Shown here: in pieces, positions 56,651-64,000 of the stretch
Layout: each line of letters opens with the position of its first letter
Numbering within the stretch: position 1 is the stretch's first letter
Virus record (IMG/VR): IMGVR_UViG_3300035670_000155
Direction: 5' to 3' (one strand)
Length of the DNA: 64,000 bases
Source: an uncultured virus (IMG/VR IMGVR_UViG_3300035670_000155)
Taxonomy: Duplodnaviria; Heunggongvirae; Uroviricota; Caudoviricetes
The notes under the pieces: model-generated
The model's input: the letters and a program-made list of their open reading frames with translations, nothing else
Database searches by the model: none
Told to the model about the DNA's origin: nothing
Position numbers and translations under genes: made by a program

Positions 56651-56828
56651 CACGCCAGTTCGCTCGCGCTGGAACGCGCCCATTCATAATTGCCTGAAAG
56701 CCATTGACAACCACATGGAGCTTTACTTCCTCCATCGTGATCCTTGGCACCTTGAAAAAGCAGCAGCGCTTAGGGCATATTTGCGCGAATTAAAAACGTA
56801 CATTCACAAGCAAGAGGAAAATAGTTAA
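56628..56828 (+). CDS. hypothetical protein
   Basis: FNTPVR..WNAPIHN.LKAIDNH. Confidence 0.6.
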   Translation: MDERRTFNTPVRSRWNAPIHNCLKAIDNHMELYFLHRDPWHLEKAAALRAYLRELKTYIHKQEENS

Positions 56829-56855
56829 CAATTTCTTAATCCATAAAGTAAGCGG

Positions 56856-56871
56856 TGTAACAATTGCTACA
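56856..56871. promoter_or_regulatory. NtcA-binding site
   Basis: TGTA-ACAATTGC-TACA matches GTA-N8-TAC. Confidence 0.65.
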
Positions 56872-56911
56872 AAGCTTGCGAGATAGCTTGAATGAAAGCG
56901 CATGGCCTTCC

Positions 56912-57070
56912 ATGACTCGCCTTGTCTATCGTGGTCTTCCTTATTTCATGGAAGAGGAGCACGAAGCCTTTTCTGCATGGTGGCAACTTCTTCATCTGCC
57001 TTCTCGCTGGCTTGTCTATCGCGGACAAAAATACCGCCCCTGTCAAGTTGACAAAGGCGGCTGGATGTAG
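56912..57070 (+). CDS. DUF4278-like small protein
   Basis: Two LVYRG..Y repeats. Confidence 0.7.
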   Translation: MTRLVYRGLPYFMEEEHEAFSAWWQLLHLPSRWLVYRGQKYRPCQVDKGGWM

Positions 57071-57486
57071 CCTTCAGGCCACACAAGGGCGGTAGCCGTA
57101 GACTGAAGCCAACTGCGCCTGATGAAGCCTTGCGGCCTTCAGGAGCTGCAGCTTCACAAGCATGAGCTTGTTCACGACCGTTCCTCCATGGTCCCCATCC
57201 CCCGTTTCCTGGATGGCTTGCATGCACCCTTTGCAGGGCAAACGTATCTTCAGTGTATCAAACCATGCCTCACGCTGGAATCAAACCAGCTTTCATCATC
57301 AGAAGAGGCGAGAGGCAGAATGTTTCCGCATCAGGAAACAAACAGGGTGCGGCCCTGACATTCTGCCAAGTGTCCCAAGTGCTTCAACTCACTTAAGACG
57401 GTGAACGGAATCCACGATGGTGCCAGCATTGACGAGGATACTGGCAAGCCGTTGGCCAACGGGCTCCTGCAGGAAGCTTTGCAAGC

Positions 57487-57615
57487 TTAACAGAGAAAGC
57501 TCCAGTAGACGGCGGCTCCCTCTAGGAACAAACGCTTATTGGTGAAGCGAGCTTCGCGAAACGGCACTCTAATTTCATGCCTTTGCCCATGGAGGCTATA
57601 GCACAAACAAACCAT
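57487..57615 (-). CDS. small hypothetical protein (not in ORF track)
   Basis: MVCLCYSLHGQRHE...GAAVYWSFLC, 42 aa. Confidence 0.45.
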   Translation of the reverse strand: MVCLCYSLHGQRHEIRVPFREARFTNKRLFLEGAAVYWSFLC

Positions 57616-57618
57616 TTC

Positions 57619-57834
57619 TCAAACGTCGTATTCTTTACACCCTTGATGGCCAAAGCGATTTTCGCAGGCATCGTTCCAATGCTCGCGATAATCGTCCATA
57701 AAATGCTCAAACGCAGCCTTTGCAAGGCGCAGCTCTTCGCTCATAGGGCCGAAGCTCTTGCCAGCTTCTTCTACGGCTTCTGCAGCCTTCATGGCCCAGG
57801 CAAGGGCTTCTTCTGCAGTGAAGGACGAGGCCAT
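57619..57834 (-). CDS. hypothetical protein
   Basis: ORF with TAGACT box and pyrimidine leader. Confidence 0.55.
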   Translation of the reverse strand: MASSFTAEEALAWAMKAAEAVEEAGKSFGPMSEELRLAKAAFEHFMDDYREHWNDACENRFGHQGCKEYDV

Positions 57835-57859
57835 GGCAAGGAAGGGGAATGTGTTTAGT

Positions 57860-58036
57860 CTATCCTTCCAAGTTTTTCATTGCTTTAAGCACTCGCTCGG
57901 CTTCATGCAATTTTGGCAAGAGCGTTGGTTTGTAAGCGTGTTCGGCGGCTAGAAGCTGAAGCGCCGTTTGCCTGTCCGCTTCTAGCAGGGCCAGGAGAAA
58001 AGATAGTTCCTTGCTAGAAAGTTCAACGCCAATCAT
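57860..58036 (-). CDS. small hypothetical protein (not in ORF track)
   Basis: MIGVELSSKELSFLLALLEAD..., 58 aa. Confidence 0.5.
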   Translation of the reverse strand: MIGVELSSKELSFLLALLEADRQTALQLLAAEHAYKPTLLPKLHEAERVLKAMKNLEG

Positions 58037-58085
58037 TTTTCAGAAAAAGTGAAATTTCAACATTTGCTGAAAATTCTAAGCACAA

Positions 58086-59468
58086 TCATCGGACAAGACT
58101 ATTCAGCCAGTCAATGTCATTCTCTTTTGAAGCTTCAAGAATAGCTGCTGCAAGTGCAAACGCATAGTCGTCCACTCCCACTTCTTTTCCTCCAGTGACC
58201 GCCCACTGACCACTTGCTCTGTAAATAACGCTCAAATTTTTAAGCTGAGTAATTGCTTTTTGATGAGGATAAAGTTCAATTAGGCCAGCATTAAAAAGCT
58301 CTTTCATCTTGCTGAAAGCTTTCATTTTTGTGCTGACCGACCAAGCTAGCTCTGCAATAGGGAAATCCTTGGAAAGATTTTGGATGATAAAGCTGCTATT
58401 GAACTGGTCGAGAACAATGCTCTGAAACTCATAAATGCGATGGTGCTCCTTGATCCACTCTTCTACTTTTGCCATATTCACTTCTTTTTTGCCACCAATT
58501 TCAAAGTCGGGCTCGAAGGCGTGAAACTTGTCCACCACTAGCCTTTCGCCCTCATAGTGAACAATACAAGCGGTGTAATCATCTCGTCCCACGCCACCTC
58601 GGGCGGGGTCCAAAGAAAGTACATAGGTGCCAGTAAATTCTTTTTCAGGGAACAATACTCCTCGCTTTTTATTTATGGCAGCTTCAACAATTTCAGTGGC
58701 CAATAATGCTGAATTGTTCTTGGCAAATTGAGCCCCGTACTCCACCCAAAATTTATCAGGATCACGCTTTAGCTCGGCATCAAGGAATGCACATCCCCAT
58801 GGCAAATTGACATTCACCTCCCAAGTTGGGAGATTTACTGCCTGCATAAAGGGAAACTCTCCAGATTTTGCTTCGCAATAGTGCTGATAAAACAGGCCAT
58901 CAGTGAGCCATGGAGAAGACAGCTCAAGAATGCGACCATGCTGGCCAAACTGAGCGATGGACGGTGACAGGGCGTCATAAATGGCTTTTGCGCCACGGTT
59001 AGCGTCGCCTTCAATAGCGAAGGAAAGCTCGTCCATAATGAGCATGACCACGGCTTTACCACGGGAGGCCCTGGCCGATGCAGGAATAGCCTGGAACACG
59101 CAATTGTTGCTTGTTTCAATTTCAGTGGCAGTTTCTCTCGTGATTTCATCCACGAGAGGGCTGTCCATGAGCAACTGGCGAATGTTGTTCAAGGCAAGTT
59201 TTGCCTGGCTTTGATCGTTGGCGATGGTAAGGATGTACCATTTTTCAGTTTTGCGCACGCGCCTTCTGTATTGATCCTCCAAGACAAAGCAGGCGTAAAG
59301 AGCCGCAATGGCCGCCATAAGCGTTTTGCCGCAGCGTCGCCCAAGCGCCCATACGGCGTGAGTTTTATTGCCACCGAAGTAGCCGTCGAGAATGCGCTTT
59401 TGCTCAGGCCAAAGCTCCAGTTTTAATACGTGCTTGGCAAAATCGCTGCACTTGAGAGAGCTGCTCAT
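58086..59468 (-). CDS. terL: terminase large subunit
   Basis: Walker A GRRCGKT, Walker B LIMDE, LSSP, nuclease LDPA...DD...DDYAFA. Confidence 0.9.
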   Translation of the reverse strand: MSSSLKCSDFAKHVLKLELWPEQKRILDGYFGGNKTHAVWALGRRCGKTLMAAIAALYACFVLEDQYRRRVRKTEKWYILTIANDQSQAKLALNNIRQLLMDSPLVDEITRETATEIETSNNCVFQAIPASARASRGKAVVMLIMDELSFAIEGDANRGAKAIYDALSPSIAQFGQHGRILELSSPWLTDGLFYQHYCEAKSGEFPFMQAVNLPTWEVNVNLPWGCAFLDAELKRDPDKFWVEYGAQFAKNNSALLATEIVEAAINKKRGVLFPEKEFTGTYVLSLDPARGGVGRDDYTACIVHYEGERLVVDKFHAFEPDFEIGGKKEVNMAKVEEWIKEHHRIYEFQSIVLDQFNSSFIIQNLSKDFPIAELAWSVSTKMKAFSKMKELFNAGLIELYPHQKAITQLKNLSVIYRASGQWAVTGGKEVGVDDYAFALAAAILEASKENDIDWLNSLVR

Positions 59469-59950
59469 TTCAAGGTGGACATTGGTCGCAAATGTTCTTT
59501 AGGCATGAAATAAGCTGGCCTGCCTCGCGCAGGATCAGCCCAGAATCTCTCCTCCATCGCCTCTTTCCCGTAGCACCAGCCATGGAGCAGCGTCTTTTGG
59601 TTTTCAATGGTCACAAGTACAAATTTTTTCTCGGGGTTTTCGTTCTTTTGTACAATCAAGTCGTACTGGTGCTTGCTTCTTGTCTTCACATCAATGCCGG
59701 GCAAATCGTCTGAACCACGCTTGGCTTCGCTTTCCTTGTAAAGCTCATGCTTAAGCCCAAGGTGCGAGGCTACGGCCATCTCGCCCGCAGCGCCGAGCAA
59801 ATGAATGGACAGGGCTTGATCGCCACGAGCCGCGCCCTTATTCCGTCCGCGAAGTCCTTTTGCTTCGTTCACTGACTGTCGCCGTTGTCCTTCCTCCATC
59901 GCTTGCTTCCGTTCTTCTTCGGAGAAGACAAATTCAATGGGAGTGGGCAT
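59465..59950 (-). CDS. hypothetical nuclease-fold protein
   Basis: GAAGEMAVA...D...IDVKTR. Confidence 0.6.
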   Translation of the reverse strand: MPTPIEFVFSEEERKQAMEEGQRRQSVNEAKGLRGRNKGAARGDQALSIHLLGAAGEMAVASHLGLKHELYKESEAKRGSDDLPGIDVKTRSKHQYDLIVQKNENPEKKFVLVTIENQKTLLHGWCYGKEAMEERFWADPARGRPAYFMPKEHLRPMSTLK

Positions 59951-60015
59951 AACTAACAAAACATCGCTGTCATCATAGCCACGTTTAGAATGGAAGCAAG
60001 CCAATAGTGTGAACA

Positions 60016-62088
60016 ATGTCGGAAGAAGCAGTTGACCTAGGACATGCCACTGCAGACGGACTGCGTAATGACGGCCTTGCCAACGCCCTCACTGGCATGG
60101 GCATTTCCGGCAGAGATAAAAGTTTGGCCACGCAAGCGCAGCCCATCATTTTTCTTGCGCAAGAAGAACTAGAAGCTCTTTATGGCGAATGGTTGCCCCG
60201 TCGCATTGTTGATATTTATGCAGAGCAAGCCACAAGAAGGGGCTTCAAGGTGTTGTTTGGCGGAGAAGGAGCGGCGGCAGAAGAAGTGGTGGGTGTCGAG
60301 CAGGTGATTGAAGATTTGTATATTCTTGAAAACTTCATGCTCGCCTCTAAGAATTCCAGGCTCTATGGAGGAGCCGTAATTCTTCTTTACATTGACGACG
60401 GCAGGCCGGCGGATCAACCAGTTGACAAAAGCCGCATCTATTCCGTGGAAGGCATGGAAGTGCTGGATCGCTGGCAAATTGCACCAGTGATCAACGAAGA
60501 GAATTTGTACGACTATTCCAAGGCAACTTATTATCAAATTATTTCTGGCGATCTTATTCGGCAGCCGCAACTCACTTACGTCCATAAAGACAGGATTTTG
60601 CGTTTTGATGGCGAGTGGCTTCCCTACCGCATTAGGCAAAGAAATTATGGGTGGGGAATGAGCAGTTTACAAACTGTCTACGAAAGTTTTAAGCACTATT
60701 GGACCGGCCTAAACAGTGCTGCCACTTTATTGAGCGAGTTTGATATTTTTGTTCACAAGATTCGCGGGCTTGCTCAAATGCTTGCAGCGGGAAAAGAAAA
60801 AGACGTGAGAGATCGCCTTGTCCTCAACGACATGAGCAAGAGCGTTTATCGCGGCTATGCAATTGACGCAGAGAAAGAGGAGCTTGCTTTTATCAGCCGG
60901 AACTTTGGTGGAGTTGGTGAAATTCTGGAAAAAATGCGTGTTGATATTATTGGTGCTTCAAAAATTCCTCACACAGTGCTGTTTGGGGAAAGTCCTAGCG
61001 GCCTTGGTTCCACTGGGCGAAGCGAAGAGCGAGATTTTGCCAAGACACTGGCTGATTACCAACAGTCCACTTTCCATCGCCCCCTTAAAAAGCTGATGAC
61101 TTACATCATGCTTAGCAAGACTGGGCCGACGAATGGGCGAGTGCCGGAATCGTGGCGCATCAAGTTTAACGATTTGTTCGAATTGAATGAAAGAGAGAAG
61201 GCCGACGTGAGGGCTCGTGTGGCGGCCGTGGACGGGCGTTACATACAGCTCGGGGTACTGAGCCCCAAAGAGGTGGCTGACGCCCGCTATGGAGGCTCTG
61301 AGTGGTCGATGGAGCTTACTCTCGATCCGTCTGTGGTGCGCGAGCTTCCTACTCAGGGAGGGGGTGGTTCCACTCAGAAGGGGAGTGGATTGGCCGTGCC
61401 TCCTGGCGGACGCGATCCCATGAACGAAGAGAACGGCACCTTGCCAATGGATGGAAGCAGGGAAGTAGAGGACGCCGCAGGATTGTTCTTGCCTCGTGAC
61501 CTCGAAAAAGTGCGGGGCGATGTGCAGTTCAAAGACAAAGACCTGCATCAGCAAGCAATTGCCGCCGCCAAGTCAAAATTCAAGGTGTGGCCCAGTGCTT
61601 ATGCCAGCGCCTACATGGTGCAGAAGTACAAAGAACTCTATAAGAAAAAGCACGGTGGCGGCAGTGGCTTCAAGGGGGACGATGGCGACGTGAATCATGA
61701 CGATCTTGATAAATGGTTTAAGGAAGAATGGGTGAGGATTGGCGCTAACGGAGAAATTCTTGGTGAATGTGGAGGGCGCGAAGAGAAAGAAGGAAAGCCA
61801 AAGTGCTTGCCCAAGGCAAAAGCTCAGGCCATGAGCAAAGAGGAGCGACAGACAATTGTGGCCCGCAAGCGCAAGTCCGACCCCAATCCAGAACGAAAGG
61901 GGCCGGCGAAAATGGTCAGCAGCAAAGTGGATGCGATTGAGCCCGTGCAAGTGGAAGGGCTAATGCTTGGAGGCATTGACGAGGCTGCTTTTATTAGCGA
62001 GGCGGATGTTGACGCAGCACTGCAGCAATGGAAGGAAGAGGCTCCCGAAAAATTCAAGGACCTACTAGAAGCTGATGATGCTGAATAA
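60016..62088 (+). CDS. portal protein (DUF1073/HI1409-like) with extra C-terminal domain
   Basis: SRLYGGA, HKDRILRFDG, WGMSSLQ, IPHTVLFGESPSGL, F.DLFELNEREKA. Confidence 0.88.
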   Translation: MSEEAVDLGHATADGLRNDGLANALTGMGISGRDKSLATQAQPIIFLAQEELEALYGEWLPRRIVDIYAEQATRRGFKVLFGGEGAAAEEVVGVEQVIEDLYILENFMLASKNSRLYGGAVILLYIDDGRPADQPVDKSRIYSVEGMEVLDRWQIAPVINEENLYDYSKATYYQIISGDLIRQPQLTYVHKDRILRFDGEWLPYRIRQRNYGWGMSSLQTVYESFKHYWTGLNSAATLLSEFDIFVHKIRGLAQMLAAGKEKDVRDRLVLNDMSKSVYRGYAIDAEKEELAFISRNFGGVGEILEKMRVDIIGASKIPHTVLFGESPSGLGSTGRSEERDFAKTLADYQQSTFHRPLKKLMTYIMLSKTGPTNGRVPESWRIKFNDLFELNEREKADVRARVAAVDGRYIQLGVLSPKEVADARYGGSEWSMELTLDPSVVRELPTQGGGGSTQKGSGLAVPPGGRDPMNEENGTLPMDGSREVEDAAGLFLPRDLEKVRGDVQFKDKDLHQQAIAAAKSKFKVWPSAYASAYMVQKYKELYKKKHGGGSGFKGDDGDVNHDDLDKWFKEEWVRIGANGEILGECGGREEKEGKPKCLPKAKAQAMSKEERQTIVARKRKSDPNPERKGPAKMVSSKVDAIEPVQVEGLMLGGIDEAAFISEADVDAALQQWKEEAPEKFKDLLEADDAE

Positions 62089-62755
62089 TATCGGAAGCTT
62101 CAGTGAAATTATCCTGTCCAACAGGATGGACGCTGAATGGTCTTATGACCAGAACAGCGGTCGTTATCGCGACGAAAAAGGCCGTTTTTTAAGCCGGGAG
62201 GCAGTGGAAAGGCTTGTAGACAAGCGTATTGATAAACTGGACGCAAGCCTGCGGCGCTTTACGCGCATGTTGATCGATGGATCCATCACGCTTGATCAGT
62301 GGCAGGGGAGTGTCCGCGAATCGCTTAAGGCTGCTCATATTCAGGCAGCAATTGTGGGCCATGGTGGCCGAGCCGGCATGGGCAGTGCGGAATACGGCCG
62401 CATCGGTCAGCGCCTTCGCGAAGAATATGCTTATCTCCAACGTTTTGTTTCCGACTTGCTTAGCAATCGCCTTTCTGCTCCCATGGCTCTGGCTCGCATT
62501 GGCTTATATGCTCAAAGCGTTCGCGGATCTTACTGGCAGGGTGCCGAACTTCGGCAGCAGCGACAAGGATATAGTCTCATGCGACGCATTTTGGACAGCC
62601 AGGCCCAGCATTGCGAAGACTGTCTTCGATACGCAGGACAAGGAATAGTTTCCATTGGCACGCTTCCGCTGCCCGGCCAGCGTTGCGAATGCGGGGCAAG
62701 GTGCCGCTGTAGTGTTCGTTATTACAGACAGCAAGCGCCAACAGTGCCTGTATAG
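62075..62755 (+). CDS. head morphogenesis (Mu gpF-like) protein
   Basis: After portal; HCEDC...LPLPG..CECGARCRC. Confidence 0.7.
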   Translation: MMLNNIGSFSEIILSNRMDAEWSYDQNSGRYRDEKGRFLSREAVERLVDKRIDKLDASLRRFTRMLIDGSITLDQWQGSVRESLKAAHIQAAIVGHGGRAGMGSAEYGRIGQRLREEYAYLQRFVSDLLSNRLSAPMALARIGLYAQSVRGSYWQGAELRQQRQGYSLMRRILDSQAQHCEDCLRYAGQGIVSIGTLPLPGQRCECGARCRCSVRYYRQQAPTVPV

Positions 62756-62776
62756 TGGCATTATTGCGTCTTTGCC

Positions 62777-63526
62777 ATGAAGGTTCTCGTTGGCAGCACT
62801 GGACTGGTCGGCTCTGCGCTGCAAGAGCAAACCAGCTTCGACCGCACCTATTCGTCTAAAGACTTTCATCAAATCACGAGCGAAAACTGGCCAATAGACC
62901 ATTTAGTCCTTTGCTGTCTGCCCGCTTCTAAGTGGAAGGTCAATCAAGATCCGCTAGCTGACTTGCAAAATATCTTTTCCATTGTTGATATTTTGTCAAG
63001 CATTTGCGCTGATCACGTGACGCTTGTTTCGACAATCGATGTGTATGGGCCCGAGTGTGCGTTTATGGATGAAACCGTGACGCCCACGCTGAAAAAGCCA
63101 AGCTATGGTTCAAACCGCTTGCTGTTTGAAGGGCTTGTGAAGGAAAGACTTTGGTGCAACTCCTTGCAAATTGTCCGACTTCCCGCTCTTTACCATCGAC
63201 TTATCAAGAAGAACATTTTGTTCGATTTGATCAATGATCATGAAGTGGAAAAAATTAATGCCAATAGTTGTTATCAGTGGTATCCGCTGAACAATCTCTG
63301 GCGCGATTTGCGCAAGTGCCCCGCTCACGGCATTGCCAATTTATTCCCCGCCCCCATTGAAACTGAAACGCTTATAGACAAATTCTTTCCTTCCGTAAAG
63401 AAAACGATGGGAGAGAGAATTGAATACAATCACTTTACAATGCATACAAGCAGCGCTTATTGGCCGCCAGGGCGCAAGGACAATCTCACGCTGATTGGAG
63501 AATTCATCAATGAAGCTCGGGGTTAG
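62777..63526 (+). CDS. NAD-dependent epimerase/dehydratase-like protein
   Basis: GSTGLVG Rossmann motif, STIDVY, YGSNR. Confidence 0.75.
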   Translation: MKVLVGSTGLVGSALQEQTSFDRTYSSKDFHQITSENWPIDHLVLCCLPASKWKVNQDPLADLQNIFSIVDILSSICADHVTLVSTIDVYGPECAFMDETVTPTLKKPSYGSNRLLFEGLVKERLWCNSLQIVRLPALYHRLIKKNILFDLINDHEVEKINANSCYQWYPLNNLWRDLRKCPAHGIANLFPAPIETETLIDKFFPSVKKTMGERIEYNHFTMHTSSAYWPPGRKDNLTLIGEFINEARG

Positions 63527-64000
63527 CGCTATTGGCTGGGAAGCCGAGGATCACGCGGATATTGTTTTGCATTTGCCTGATGGCATTGAGCTTCTGGAAG
63601 CGGTGCCCTTCAAGAGGCATAGCCATTTCTCTGGCTACTTGCAGAAATATTCGGCGCAATCATTATTCTATGGAATGGACATTGAAGCTTTCTGGGACGA
63701 GGCTAGTCTTCGGAAGTGCCTTGCGCTGTTGATCAAGCAAGCCAAAGCCTTGGGATGGAAGCGCATGATTCTCGGCAGCCCTGGACTAAGACAAGGCGAT
63801 TGCCGTTATCTAATGGATGGACTTGCCGCTTGTCACCAAGAGTTAGAAGAGGCCGAATGCACCGTTTGCATTGAACCAGTGGCGAAGCAGTATGGCGGAA
63901 ACTATTTCTTCACAGTTGAAGAGATTGTTCGGAGCTTGGTCGAATATTCGCTGCCTCGCGTGCAAACGATGATCGACACAAATAGCGCCTGGCTTGAAGA
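63510..64000 (+). CDS. sugar phosphate isomerase/epimerase (TIM barrel), truncated by window end
   Basis: MKLGVSAIGW...SAQSLFYG...LGSP..R...CIEP...YGGNYF; open to the end. Confidence 0.7.
   Translation, partial: MKLGVSAIGWEAEDHADIVLHLPDGIELLEAVPFKRHSHFSGYLQKYSAQSLFYGMDIEAFWDEASLRKCLALLIKQAKALGWKRMILGSPGLRQGDCRYLMDGLAACHQELEEAECTVCIEPVAKQYGGNYFFTVEEIVRSLVEYSLPRVQTMIDTNSAWLE

Noticed and set aside
57112..57150. Hammerhead ribozyme (CTGATGA plus hairpin)
   Set aside because: No GAAA after stem II and no stems I/III

Overview
Most of the genome of a long-tailed (siphovirus-like) dsDNA phage, probably a freshwater picocyanobacterial (Synechococcus/Cyanobium) phage. The host call is inferred from cyanophage-type nrdAB, thyX, a DUF4278-like gene, and NtcA- and HLR1-like boxes. 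Layout: head-tail joining and lambda-like tail genes with a -1 frameshifted tail chaperone (1-13 kb); tail appendage/fibre genes and a small-gene cassette array (13-27 kb); lysis, nucleotide metabolism, recombination and primase-helicase genes (27-38 kb); a mosaic small-gene block (38-40 kb); an early-like region with host-type promoters and repeats (40-51 kb); RNR plus HNH, a tRNA-like element, terminase, portal, head morphogenesis and sugar-modifying enzymes (51-64 kb). No major capsid, DNA polymerase or integrase is visible in the window. Most interesting unexplained signals: (1) recurrent 15-bp TAG-N9-CTA sites at module junctions inside the tail-fibre gene and between downstream small genes, a candidate cassette/shuffling system; (2) two homologous non-coding arms in inverted orientation (40.1-40.4 kb and 50.4-50.7 kb) carrying a three-copy covarying stem-loop; (3) a ~190-nt structured antisense ncRNA candidate; (4) an HNH gene ending in a recoded duplicate of the nrdB C-terminus; (5) an NtcA box in repressor position upstream of a DUF4278-like gene. 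All family assignments are by motif recognition; no database search was run.
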